A stretch of DNA of 62,587 nucleotides, filler included. It is 5 parts of 5 records of this genome, joined end to end, with 100 filler letters (N's around TTAATTAATTAA, not from the genome) between each part and the next. Parts side by side here need not be neighbours in the genome. Positions count along the whole stretch, not along the records: positions 1 to 19,573 come from SRR20825010_4939; positions 19,674 to 30,941 come from SRR20825010_4950; 3 more parts are not named here. One strand, given 5' to 3'. This document shows positions 9,631 through 19,864 of this stretch, one piece after another (within the stretch, counting starts at the first letter, position 1; the number at the start of each line of letters is the position of its first letter). A model generated the notes under the pieces. It saw only the letters and a list, made by a program, of their open reading frames with translations. It did no database searches and had not been told where the DNA came from. Both the position numbers and the translations under genes were made by a program.

Positions 9631-11712
9631 TTAACGGCTGCTGTTTGTTGTTTGTGGCATATTTGAAACCTTCCCGGCTCTGTTTGCTTCTTCCAGAAAC
9701 GGGGTGGGGTTTACCCTTAGGAGCCAGGCTTCAACAAGCGCGAGGAACTGTTCGTCATCCTCGTTCGCGTCATAGAGGTTTGCGCCTTTTGCTTGCTCTA
9801 CTTCAAGATAGTCAACAGGCTTTTTGGCTTTAACGAGGGATTTTACGAACTTCCGAGTCTGCCGGACCTCATAATAAGCATCTTCGCGATGGTACAAAAG
9901 CACAGGGCTGTTGATATTTTCGATCAAGTCGGCAGGAGAAATACTGTTTAGCTCTTTCTTCTTCAGGTCCCCCGCGACTTCCAAATATCTTTCATCATCT
10001 TCGTCCAGAGACCGTTCAGCTTTGAGCATCATTTTGATATCCACTGGCGCATCGCGACCGATGGCGCAGGAAAATAAGTTGCCATCCCTGGCGACGCCCA
10101 TCAGCGCTGCGTATCCAGCATAGCCCCGGCCCATGATGCATATCCGGCCTTGTTCCGCATGCCCATTTTCTATGATCCACTCAACACCATCCACTAGGTC
10201 ATTCTGCATGTCACGACCCCACTCGCCGCGTCCCAATGCCCGAAAACGCTGACCGAAGCCCGAAGATCCGCGGTAGTTCGGCTGGAGGACGCCATACCCG
10301 CGGTTTGCTAGGAACTGTACGGTGCGATCCCATTCTACCGAATCGCGGCTGTTTGGATTTGTGTGCGGCAAAACAATAAAAGGAAGCGGCTTTCCGTCAT
10401 TCAGGCGCGGTTTGGTCATGACCGCGTCAATCGTCAAACCATCCCTTGTCTCATAGGAGACGCTCTCCATTTTCGCCATTTGATCCGGGTTCAGGTTGGG
10501 GATTCGGGAGCCCAGATAGTTCAATTTCCTACCGATTGCGTCATAGTAGTAGTAGGAACCGGCATCCCGCTCATCGCCCTGCAGCACAATCATGTTCTGG
10601 TCATCGTCGCTAGTTGACCATAGAGAGAAACCGGTTTTGAGCGCTCGTGCGATACCGTCGCGCAGTTTCCCATATTCTTCATCCAGATACTGCAGTTTGG
10701 GCCCGCCTTCGTTATATTCCGCGGCCACGACCTTGCCCTTGTCGAAGGAGTAAATAATGCCAGTGACATCCACCCGGCCATGGGCGAAAACCTGTTCACC
10801 CAAGGTGCCAGTTGCAATATCGAAGCGGTAAACCGCCATGCGGCCCGTCGCGAGTGAAGACAGGACGTAAAATTCGTTGTCACCGGCCCCGAACTGGAGC
10901 GGCAGGAACTTGCCTTCTTCAAACAGTTCATTATCGTTCAGGACTTTCCAGTCGTCATCGCCGCGGCCACGAATGATCATGACGCTGTTGTCCTTGCGGT
11001 CATAGCCGTAGCCGAACCGGATGTGACCTTTCTGGTCTGCATACCAATCGTGGAATTTGAAGCTACTGATCTTTGGCCCCTTCATATAGAGGGACATTTC
11101 GCCAGTTTTGATGTTTAGTTTGTGCACATCATCGATAGCACCGTCATAATACTCCTGCACCCAGTTGCGGCGCCTTGATTTACCAACCAGAATATGGTCT
11201 GGATCATCACGCAGAAGGCTGATGACATCGGCGTTGTCAATATGTTTGAGGCCGCGACTGCCGCCCCCGTCAGTCCGTAACAGTTGCAGGTCGGAACCAT
11301 CAGCATTTACGCTCATCAATACTTCCGACCACGCATAATACTTCGATCTGGCGACTTTGGTTTTCCGTCGTAGCGTGAACACAAGCCGTTCATCAGTGGC
11401 CCACCGTATGTTGATCGGGAAATTGTCTTCACCAAACGGGATATCGGTGAGGCCGTGAAGCTCCGACCCTTTAATATCAACGGCGCTAAGGTAAGTCTTG
11501 TCTTCGTAAGATCTTGAAAAAGCTAATCTTTTTCCGTTATGGGAGAGTTGCATACCCTTTACGCTCCACTCACCCACGAAATCGCTGACTCTGTATATGG
11601 TCTGCTTCTCGGCTTCTGTTATGGTGTCCGCGGCTGTGACGATGGGTGCTGCTGCGTTGATGCTCCAGGCAAGCAACATGGACATGGTCAGGTATTTTTC
11701 CCGGTTAAACAT
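9631..11712 (-). CDS. S9 (prolyl oligopeptidase family) homologue with degenerate catalytic residues, probable pseudopeptidase
   Basis: 693 aa, signal peptide, propeller plus hydrolase domain (QFLANRGYGVLQPNYRGSSGFG); the nucleophile elbow reads GRGYAG instead of GxSYGG. Confidence 0.88.
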   Translation of the reverse strand: MFNREKYLTMSMLLAWSINAAAPIVTAADTITEAEKQTIYRVSDFVGEWSVKGMQLSHNGKRLAFSRSYEDKTYLSAVDIKGSELHGLTDIPFGEDNFPINIRWATDERLVFTLRRKTKVARSKYYAWSEVLMSVNADGSDLQLLRTDGGGSRGLKHIDNADVISLLRDDPDHILVGKSRRRNWVQEYYDGAIDDVHKLNIKTGEMSLYMKGPKISSFKFHDWYADQKGHIRFGYGYDRKDNSVMIIRGRGDDDWKVLNDNELFEEGKFLPLQFGAGDNEFYVLSSLATGRMAVYRFDIATGTLGEQVFAHGRVDVTGIIYSFDKGKVVAAEYNEGGPKLQYLDEEYGKLRDGIARALKTGFSLWSTSDDDQNMIVLQGDERDAGSYYYYDAIGRKLNYLGSRIPNLNPDQMAKMESVSYETRDGLTIDAVMTKPRLNDGKPLPFIVLPHTNPNSRDSVEWDRTVQFLANRGYGVLQPNYRGSSGFGQRFRALGRGEWGRDMQNDLVDGVEWIIENGHAEQGRICIMGRGYAGYAALMGVARDGNLFSCAIGRDAPVDIKMMLKAERSLDEDDERYLEVAGDLKKKELNSISPADLIENINSPVLLYHREDAYYEVRQTRKFVKSLVKAKKPVDYLEVEQAKGANLYDANEDDEQFLALVEAWLLRVNPTPFLEEANRAGKVSNMPQTTNSSR

Positions 11713-11714
11713 GG

Positions 11715-13790
11715 TTATTTTTCTCCCCCATCATTTGCGGCAATATTTGTACTTTTTGGTTGTTCCGACGGGTTGTGTTGCAGCAGAAAACTTTCCACCG
11801 TCCGCAGGAATTTCGCTCTGGCGTTTTCTGTCTCGATCTGGTGCCCTAGGCCCGGAAACTCCAGATATTGGAATGGGGCCGGGTTCTTGCGCTTTTTCAT
11901 GGCCTTGTTCAGAATACGGGATTGGTCGATAAATACGATATCGTCCTGGTCCCCGTGCATCAGTAACAAGGGCCGTGTGATTTTTCGCGCCAGATAGGCC
12001 GGTGATATTGCTTTGAGTTCCTTGCTCGAGCGTCCGCCTGTTACCCGCCAATACCAGGCGTAGTCCTTATCCCAGGCATTATCCTGCAACAGTATTTTCT
12101 TGAGATCTGTAACGGGCGCCCAGGCAATGCCGCAGCGAAAGAGATCGCTATCCTGAACCAGGCCCATCAGAGCTGCGTAGCCGCCGTAACTACCGCCTAC
12201 AATGCATATACGCTTTGGGTCAGAGATGCCTTGCTCTATGAGCCATTTTGCACCGTCAGCAATGTCTTGCTGCATATCGTCGCCCCATTGCCCGAAACCC
12301 ATGGCGGTATAGCGATGACCGTATCCCGATGAGCCCCTGAAGTTGGGTTGCAATACGGCGTAGCCGCGATTTGCGAGGAACTGAGCCCAATAATCCCAGC
12401 TTTTATAATCACGCACATAGGGGCCACCATGTGGCATAAGGATAGCCGGCAGGTTTTGGTCACGTTCTGTGTTTTTCGGCAATGTCAAGTAGGCGGGGAT
12501 TTCAAGGCCATCCCGCGCTCGATAGCGGACGCTTGTCATTGGCGCGGCTGTCTCTGGGTCAAGCCATGGCGCGGGGTTGGGCAGAGGAAGTGCCTTGCCT
12601 GAGGCTTCGAAATAGAGCCAAGGCTGTCCCATGGAGCGTTCATCGCCAACCCACACAAGCTGGCGGGTAAACGTCTCGTCCGTTTCGCCAAGGTAGACTT
12701 TATCAGTACCAATTGCTTTTGCGATCTTGCCCCTGCGCTTTTGGAAGTCCTCGTCCAGAATTTCCAACCGGTATTCGTCGTCATAATAGGAAACAGCAAC
12801 CACCCGTTTATAGTCGTTTGAGAAGAACAACTGCTCAGCATCGACCTCTGGGTGTGCAAAGATTTTACCCTTCAGTCGTCCTTGCTTGATGCTGAAGCGG
12901 TAGATGGCATCTCGCCCTGTGGCGAGGGAAGACGAGACATAGAGGATGTCAGGGTCGGCACCGAAGGCAATCGGGGAAAATTTTTCTCGCCCAAATAAGT
13001 CATTGTCATGCAGGCGGGTCCAGTCGCTGTTGGCGTCCTTGCGAACGAGCAGCACGGGCTCGTCGTCTTCGCCTACTTCACCATATCCCATTCGTATGCT
13101 GCCTGTGTGGTCAGGCACCCATTTGAACATTCGGGCACCCTCAATCCCGTGATTGGGTGTCACAAGTTTCATCTCACCAGTGGCGGTATTCATCCGGAAG
13201 ATATCGCTCACAACATCCAGTTCGGTGTCATCTCGTTTTTCGGGTGTCTCTTCAATACGGTTCAGGAGCACATAATCGGGCTCTTTCGGCAGTGAATGCA
13301 GTAGACCAAATGTAACCTTGTGTGTTGGTTTGCGTTTGCGCCCCTTCCTCCGCTGCTTCTTTTGGGGTGAGGGCTTTTCCTGCCACAAAACTTTCCTGTT
13401 GTTGCCGTTCGCGTTCATGACCCATGCTGTGACCTGCGGCTCTTCCTCACGCGCGGGCAGCTCACCTTTGTAGCGCGCGTCATAACCAAACAGCTTGTCG
13501 TTGCTAATCCAGAAAGCACCGCTCGCGTATATGTCATCGGCGATAGGCTGTTTCAGAGCTGTCGTCAGGCCGTCCTCTGCAATACGGGCGATCACAAGGA
13601 AGCGTTTGTTCCCGATGCGCTCTTGATAGTGCAATTGCTGTCCATCAGGTGAGATTGAAAAACTAAGGAAACGAGGAGCTCGAGCGAAATCTTCAATGCT
13701 GGTCTTGTCGGCGCGTGCGCCTGTCGATATTGCCAGAGTGGACCATAGAACGATCACAATCGCGCTCAAGCCGATTCTTAGAAACCCCAT
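11715..13790 (-). CDS. S9 family peptidase (secreted, intact catalytic triad)
   Basis: Signal peptide from the ATG at 13790; PHGGP, GGSYGG (Ser), HGDQDDIV (Asp), GLGH (His). Confidence 0.92.
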   Translation of the reverse strand: MGFLRIGLSAIVIVLWSTLAISTGARADKTSIEDFARAPRFLSFSISPDGQQLHYQERIGNKRFLVIARIAEDGLTTALKQPIADDIYASGAFWISNDKLFGYDARYKGELPAREEEPQVTAWVMNANGNNRKVLWQEKPSPQKKQRRKGRKRKPTHKVTFGLLHSLPKEPDYVLLNRIEETPEKRDDTELDVVSDIFRMNTATGEMKLVTPNHGIEGARMFKWVPDHTGSIRMGYGEVGEDDEPVLLVRKDANSDWTRLHDNDLFGREKFSPIAFGADPDILYVSSSLATGRDAIYRFSIKQGRLKGKIFAHPEVDAEQLFFSNDYKRVVAVSYYDDEYRLEILDEDFQKRRGKIAKAIGTDKVYLGETDETFTRQLVWVGDERSMGQPWLYFEASGKALPLPNPAPWLDPETAAPMTSVRYRARDGLEIPAYLTLPKNTERDQNLPAILMPHGGPYVRDYKSWDYWAQFLANRGYAVLQPNFRGSSGYGHRYTAMGFGQWGDDMQQDIADGAKWLIEQGISDPKRICIVGGSYGGYAALMGLVQDSDLFRCGIAWAPVTDLKKILLQDNAWDKDYAWYWRVTGGRSSKELKAISPAYLARKITRPLLLMHGDQDDIVFIDQSRILNKAMKKRKNPAPFQYLEFPGLGHQIETENARAKFLRTVESFLLQHNPSEQPKSTNIAANDGGEK

Positions 13791-13980
13791 ACTCACTGCC
13801 CCCAAACAGTCTTAACAAGCCCATAAAGACTGTATTAGTGTTTAGAATAACATATGGCAATATCAATTATCGTAATACTTGCACTATACAATTCAGTGTG
13901 GGCTCGCAGGGTTGTGTGCAAAGAAAGCTGGTTCAACCTCAGCACATTAGCACACCCTCGGTTATAGTTTGGTATATACC

Positions 13981-14006
13981 CATTCTTGACTATAGGGTCA
14001 GGAATG
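13981..14006. promoter_or_regulatory. RutR/PydR-like operator
   Basis: CATTCTTGAC-TATAGG-GTCAGGAATG inverted repeat (9/10); core TTGACTATAGGGTCAG resembles the RutR box TTGACCAnnTGGTCAA and precedes pyrimidine catabolic genes. Confidence 0.6.
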
Positions 14007-14043
14007 GGTAGCGTAGTTTCGGGAGAAATTGGCGGGGGCGTTT

Positions 14044-15402
14044 ATGGCGCACAAGCTATGCGGGGCAGCACCCGGACGCTGTTTGGAAGCGGGCGAGATT
14101 GCTGCCAACTTCGAAGACCTGCACAAACCCCTGAACCAGCTTCAGGCGATGGCGGCGGCTGATCATTGTATCTACTGTTATGACGCGCCATGCATAACAG
14201 CGTGTCCGACCTCCATTGATATCCCGACGTTCATTCACCAGATCCGCACCAGGAATGTGGAGGGCGCGGCGAAAACTATCCTCAGCCAGAATATCATGGG
14301 CGGCACTTGTGCACGTGCGTGCCCCACAGAGGTACTGTGCGAAGAAGCGTGCGTGCGCAACCACAGCGGAGAAGAGCCGGTTGAGATCGGCCTCCTGCAG
14401 CGCTTCGCGGTGGATCACCTGATGGCACAGGGCGGCAAACACCCGTTTGAGCGCAAGCCGGAGAGCGGCAAATGTATTGCTGTCGTTGGCGCGGGGCCAG
14501 CCGGGCTGTCGTGTGCCCACCGGGCTGCCATGCTCGGGCACGGGGTGACGGTATTTGACGCCAGACCAAAAGCCGGTGGGCTGAACGAATATGGCTTGGC
14601 GGCCTATAAGATGGTTGATGATTTTGCCCAGAAGGAAATTGAATTCCTGATGGGGATTGGCGGTATCGAGATCAAACATGGGCAAACGCTCGGCGGTAAT
14701 GTCTCGCTGCCTGTGTTGCGAGAGACGTTTGACGCCGTGTTTGTCGCTGTTGGCCTTGGTGGCAGCAATAGGCTGGGCCTGGACGGCGAAGACATGGCGG
14801 GTGTCCAAGACGCGATCGATTTTATTGAGGAGCTACGCCAGACCGAACCCAAGGCCACCATGCAGGTAGGCAAACGTGTGGTGGTAATTGGTGGTGGCAA
14901 TACGGCGATAGACGCTGCCGTGCAGGCCCGTGCGCTGGGGGCGGAAGAGGTGACGCTGGTATATCGCCGCGACGAAGATGCCATGAGCGCCACAGGCTTT
15001 GAGGTTGAACTGGCGCGCCAAAGCGGCGTTACCGTATGCCTGTGGGCGCGGCCCACCAGCATTAATGGTGTGGGTCAGGTAAATTCTGTTACGTTCGAGC
15101 GCACGAAGGTGGGCGCGAATGGAAAGCTTGAAGGCAGTGGTGAATACTTCGATATAGCCGCCGACCATGTGTTGAAAGCTATTGGTCAGAAGCTTGACGA
15201 AAACATGCTCGATGGGCTCGAAGTGCAGGACGGAAAGCTCAAGGTGGGCGGCGATTTCATGACGTCACTGGATGGCGTATTTGCAGGTGGTGATTGCGTG
15301 AAATCGGGTGAAGACCTTACCGTTCAGGCTGTTGAAGATGGTAAACGCGCGGCGCATGCCATCGACAGGTTTTTTGAAAGCGCAGGAGGTGAGTATGGCT
15401 GA
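14044..15402 (+). CDS. preT: Dihydropyrimidine dehydrogenase subunit A (GltD-like, NAD(P)-dependent)
   Basis: CIYCYDAPCITACP Fe-S motif; GAGPAG and GGGNTA dinucleotide motifs; overlaps preA. Confidence 0.9.
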   Translation: MAHKLCGAAPGRCLEAGEIAANFEDLHKPLNQLQAMAAADHCIYCYDAPCITACPTSIDIPTFIHQIRTRNVEGAAKTILSQNIMGGTCARACPTEVLCEEACVRNHSGEEPVEIGLLQRFAVDHLMAQGGKHPFERKPESGKCIAVVGAGPAGLSCAHRAAMLGHGVTVFDARPKAGGLNEYGLAAYKMVDDFAQKEIEFLMGIGGIEIKHGQTLGGNVSLPVLRETFDAVFVAVGLGGSNRLGLDGEDMAGVQDAIDFIEELRQTEPKATMQVGKRVVVIGGGNTAIDAAVQARALGAEEVTLVYRRDEDAMSATGFEVELARQSGVTVCLWARPTSINGVGQVNSVTFERTKVGANGKLEGSGEYFDIAADHVLKAIGQKLDENMLDGLEVQDGKLKVGGDFMTSLDGVFAGGDCVKSGEDLTVQAVEDGKRAAHAIDRFFESAGGEYG

Positions 15403-16669
15403 CCTGAGATGCACTATCGCGGGCATTGAAAGCATCAATCCCTTCTGGCTGGCATCTGCGCCGCCAACCGACAAATATTATAATGTTGTGCGGGCTTTTG
15501 AAGCGGGCTGGGGTGGTGTTGTTTGGAAAACGTTGGGGGAAGACCCGCCGGTGGTGAATGTTTCCAGCCGTTACGGTGTGCACCATAACGCAGGCCGCGG
15601 CATTATCGGCATCAATAATATCGAGTTGATTTCAGACCGCCCGCTTGAGGTGAACCTCAGGGAAATTGAGCAGACACGCAAAGAGTGGCCGGACCGGATC
15701 ATTATAGGCTCAATGATGGCACCGATTGATGAGCAGGCCTGGAAAGAACTTGCGATCAAGATTGCCAACTCAGGCGTGCACGGTATTGAGTTGAACCTCG
15801 GGTGTCCTCACGGCATGTGCGAACGCGGTATGGGTTCCGCCATCGGGCAGGTGCCTGAGATGGTGGAGCAAACCACGCGCTGGATACGGGAAGCGGTTGA
15901 CCTGCCGGTTTTCACCAAACTGACTCCAAATATCACCAATATCCTGTGGTCGGCAGAGGCTGCAAAAAAGGGCGGTGCACATGCTGTATCGCTCATCAAT
16001 ACGGTTAATTCCATCGTATCCGTTGACCTTGACGCGATGGCACCAACACCCGTGGTGGGCGGCAAAGGCACTCACGGTGGTTACTGTGGTGCGGCGGTGA
16101 AGCCTATTGCGTTGAACATGGTAGCGGAAATCGCGCGGTCAGCAGACACGCAGGGGCTGGATATCTCGGCCATCGGCGGCATTGAAAACTGGCGCGACGC
16201 AGCTGAGTTTATCTCGCTTGGGGCCAATGCCCTGCAGGTCTGCACTGCGGCCATGCTTTATGGTTTCCGTATTGTCGATGACATGATCGACGGGCTTTCC
16301 GCCTTTATGGACCAGAAGGGTTACCGGACGATTGTGGATTTTCGTGGGTTGGCGGTGAAAAACACTGTCGACTGGAACGCGCTTGATATGAATTTCGATA
16401 CCAAGGCGTTTATTGACCCTGACAAATGCATCGAGTGTGGGCGGTGCCATATTGCCTGTGAAGATACAAGCCATCAGGCGATTGACTATAAGGTGGGGAA
16501 AGACGGCAGGCGCAGCTTCACTGTGGTTGATGAGGACTGTGTGGGCTGCAACCTCTGCGCCATGATTTGCCCGGTACCGGACTGCATTGAAATGCGCCCG
16601 GTTGACAATGGTAAACCGTATGTCAGTTGGCCGGAACACCCGCTGAATCCAATGAAAGCGGCTCAATGA
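15395..16669 (+). CDS. preA: Dihydropyrimidine dehydrogenase subunit B
   Basis: NPFWLASAPPT, ELNLGCPHGM, KLTPN and a C-terminal 2x[4Fe-4S] ferredoxin; start at the ATG at 15395 after AGGAGG. Confidence 0.95.
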   Translation: MADLRCTIAGIESINPFWLASAPPTDKYYNVVRAFEAGWGGVVWKTLGEDPPVVNVSSRYGVHHNAGRGIIGINNIELISDRPLEVNLREIEQTRKEWPDRIIIGSMMAPIDEQAWKELAIKIANSGVHGIELNLGCPHGMCERGMGSAIGQVPEMVEQTTRWIREAVDLPVFTKLTPNITNILWSAEAAKKGGAHAVSLINTVNSIVSVDLDAMAPTPVVGGKGTHGGYCGAAVKPIALNMVAEIARSADTQGLDISAIGGIENWRDAAEFISLGANALQVCTAAMLYGFRIVDDMIDGLSAFMDQKGYRTIVDFRGLAVKNTVDWNALDMNFDTKAFIDPDKCIECGRCHIACEDTSHQAIDYKVGKDGRRSFTVVDEDCVGCNLCAMICPVPDCIEMRPVDNGKPYVSWPEHPLNPMKAAQ

Positions 16670-16722
16670 ACCTAATCTAGATCGGCGATTTCACCCGCAT
16701 GCGGGATTATGAGGGGGACCAA

Positions 16723-17607
16723 ATGGCAAGTAATACCACGGCAATACTCAGGGGCGGCCTCATCCAGATGGCGCTCAAGGCTTCGACCGACAATGAACCG
16801 GAAGTTATTCGCAAGGCGATGATTGACGCGCATATCCCGCTTATCGAAGAGGCTGGCGAAAAGGGCGTGCAGGTTCTGTGCTTTCAGGAGGTTTTCACCC
16901 AGCCGTATTTCTGTCCAAGCCAGGACGCGAAATGGTATGAAAGCGCGGAACCGATCCCAGACGGCCCGACCACCAAGCTGATGCAGGAATATGCCGCCAA
17001 ATACAGGATGGTGATTGTTGTGCCCATTTATGAGCGCGATGATGTGACCGGTATTTATTATAATACCGCCGCTGTGATTGATGCTGACGGAAGCTACCTG
17101 GGCAAATACCGCAAAACCCACATCCCGCAGGTTGCCGGGTTTTGGGAGAAGTTTTTCTTCAAGCCGGGCTCATCGGGCTGGCCGGTGTTCCAGACGCAAT
17201 ATTGCAAACTCGGTGTTTATATCTGTTATGATCGGCACTTTCCGGAAGGTTGGCGTGCGCTGGCCCTTAATGGGGCTGAATATATCGTCAACCCGTCTGC
17301 CACTGTGGCGGGCCTGTCAGAGTATCTGTGGAAACTGGAACAACCGGCATCGGCTGCGGCTAATGGATGCTGGATTGGGGCGATTAACCGGGTGGGGCAT
17401 GAGCACCCCTGGGATATCGGCGAGTTTTACGGCCAGAGCTACTTTGTGAACCCACGCGGCCAGATTGAAGCATGCGCCAGCCGTGACAAGGATGAGCTGA
17501 TTGTCCACGATATGGACATGAGCCTTGTGCCAGAAGTTCGCAACGGTTGGCAATTCTTCCGGGACAGGCGCCCAAGTACATACGGAAGGCTCACTGACGG
17601 CGAATAG
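16723..17607 (+). CDS. Nitrilase-superfamily amidohydrolase, probable beta-ureidopropionase
   Basis: Glu-Lys-Cys triad (FQEVF, YRKTHIP, YICYDRHF) and DRRP C-terminus; lies within the preTA-hydA operon. Confidence 0.85.
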   Translation: MASNTTAILRGGLIQMALKASTDNEPEVIRKAMIDAHIPLIEEAGEKGVQVLCFQEVFTQPYFCPSQDAKWYESAEPIPDGPTTKLMQEYAAKYRMVIVVPIYERDDVTGIYYNTAAVIDADGSYLGKYRKTHIPQVAGFWEKFFFKPGSSGWPVFQTQYCKLGVYICYDRHFPEGWRALALNGAEYIVNPSATVAGLSEYLWKLEQPASAAANGCWIGAINRVGHEHPWDIGEFYGQSYFVNPRGQIEACASRDKDELIVHDMDMSLVPEVRNGWQFFRDRRPSTYGRLTDGE

Positions 17608-17660
17608 TATCAAGCTCCGGGCCTTGGGGGAGGTCCGAGTTTAGCTTTTTGGAGGGGACA

Positions 17661-19085
17661 ATGAGCAAATTTGACGCTGACCTTTGGAATGAGGATCTGG
17701 CGCCCACAGCAAGTGCTGCACGCACGTGGGACTGGAAGGCCTTCGCAGCTCTTTGGGTTGCGATGGTGGTGTGTGTTCCCACTTATATGCTGGCGGCGGG
17801 ACTCGTCTCTGAAGGCATGGCTTGGTGGCAGGCTGTGCTCACGGTGTTGCTGGGTAACGCGATTGTACTTATTCCCATGATCCTGATTGGCCATGCAGGG
17901 GCAAAACATGGTGTGCCGTTTCCTGTGCTCTTGCGGTCTGCGTTTGGCACCAAAGGTGCGCGCATCCCTGCAATGGCGCGGGGTCTGGTGGCCTGTGGCT
18001 GGTTTGGCATCAACACATGGGTAGGCGGCTCTGCCATCTATGTGATTATAAATGCCCTGACGGATGGCGCTATTATGGGCGACGCGCTTCCGTTTTTGGG
18101 AATCAGCTTTGGGCAGTTTATCTGTTTCATGGCTTTCTGGGCGATGCACCTCTATTTTATTAAACACGGTACGGAATCGATCCGTTGGCTTGAGACTTAT
18201 GCGGCCCCCTTCCTGCTCGCGGCAGGGCTGGCTTTGCTTATATGGGCCTACCAAAACGCGGGTGGGTTTGGTGTGATGCTGTCTTCGCCCTCCCAGTTTA
18301 TTGAAGGAGGGGCGAAAGAAGGGCAGTTCCTTGGTACCTTCATCGCGGGCCTGACGGCCATGGTAGGTTTTTGGGCCACAATGGCGCTCAATATCCCGGA
18401 TTTTACCCGGTTTGCCAAATCACAGCGGGACCAGATTATCGGCCAGGCGCTTGGCTTGCCGCTGCCGATGGCGCTTTTTGCCTTTATCAGTGTGGCGGTG
18501 ACTTCGGCGACAGTGACGATTTATGGCGAAGCGATCTGGGACCCGGTGGCCCTTGCTGGCCGCATGGGAGGCTTGGGCGTCGTGGTTGCGCTGGCCGCGC
18601 TGGTTGTGGCGACCCTGACAACCAATCTGGCAGCCAATGTGGTTGCGCCTGCTTATGGGTTTTCAAATCTGAGTCCATCAAAAATAAGTTTCAAAACAGG
18701 CGGTTACATTACCGCAGGCATTGGCATAGCAATCTTTCCCTGGAAATTGCTGGCGACAGCCGGAGGGTATTTGTTCGTTTGGCTTGTGGGATATTCCGCG
18801 CTCCTTGGCCCTATAGCAGGCATACTGATCGCGGATTATTTCCTGATCCGGAAATGTGAGCTGGATAGGGACGCACTGTTTTCTCACGCAGGCCAGTATG
18901 GCGCATGGAACGTGGCGGGGCTGGTTGCGCTTGTTGTGGGCATAGCCCCCAATCTTCCCGGCTTCCTGCATGCGGCCGGGGCGCTTGAGAGCGTGCCCGT
19001 AATTTTCGATACACTCTATAGCTATGCATGGTTTGTGGGGCTGTTTGTTGCCGGTGGCCTCTATCTCATCATGGCAAAAAAGTAA
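17661..19085 (+). CDS. NCS1 nucleobase:cation symporter (uracil/dihydropyrimidine permease)
   Basis: NEDLAP, ACGWFGI, NIPDFTRF and TNLAANVV motifs; about 12 TM segments. Confidence 0.92.
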   Translation: MSKFDADLWNEDLAPTASAARTWDWKAFAALWVAMVVCVPTYMLAAGLVSEGMAWWQAVLTVLLGNAIVLIPMILIGHAGAKHGVPFPVLLRSAFGTKGARIPAMARGLVACGWFGINTWVGGSAIYVIINALTDGAIMGDALPFLGISFGQFICFMAFWAMHLYFIKHGTESIRWLETYAAPFLLAAGLALLIWAYQNAGGFGVMLSSPSQFIEGGAKEGQFLGTFIAGLTAMVGFWATMALNIPDFTRFAKSQRDQIIGQALGLPLPMALFAFISVAVTSATVTIYGEAIWDPVALAGRMGGLGVVVALAALVVATLTTNLAANVVAPAYGFSNLSPSKISFKTGGYITAGIGIAIFPWKLLATAGGYLFVWLVGYSALLGPIAGILIADYFLIRKCELDRDALFSHAGQYGAWNVAGLVALVVGIAPNLPGFLHAAGALESVPVIFDTLYSYAWFVGLFVAGGLYLIMAKK

Positions 19086-19573
<488 letters not shown>

Positions 19574-19673
19574 NNNNNNNNNNNNNNNNNNNNNNNNNNN
19601 NNNNNNNNNNNNNNNNNTTAATTAATTAANNNNNNNNNNNNNNNNNNNNNNNNNNNNNNNNNNNNNNNNNNNN
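19574..19673. other. Assembly spacer (N run with TTAATTAATTAA stop linker)
   Basis: 100-nt spacer; gene content and composition change across it. Confidence 0.98.
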
Positions 19674-19788
19674 ACGGAACTACGTGCGTTACTCCGCTAC
19701 GCTCCGTTCCGACAGCGGCTTCGTAGAAATGCCGAGGTCTTGAGAACTTTCTAACCTTTCTCTATCCAACGAGCGTAGCTCGTAGGAT
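19674..19788. repeat. REP-like palindromic elements at contig edge
   Basis: CGGAAC...GTTCCG and ATCCAACGAGC-GTA-GCTCGTAGGAT hairpins with GTAG tetranucleotides. Confidence 0.45.
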
Positions 19789-19864
19789 TGGCACAAATTG
19801 CCACCCACCAATGGCAACATTCTGCTAGCCTGTTCGTCTTCTTTTTTGTCGGGCCAGAACAACA

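Noticed and set aside
19618-19629. TTAATTAATTAA repeated four times in the window
   Set aside because: Artificial six-frame stop linker inside N spacers, not a biological repeat
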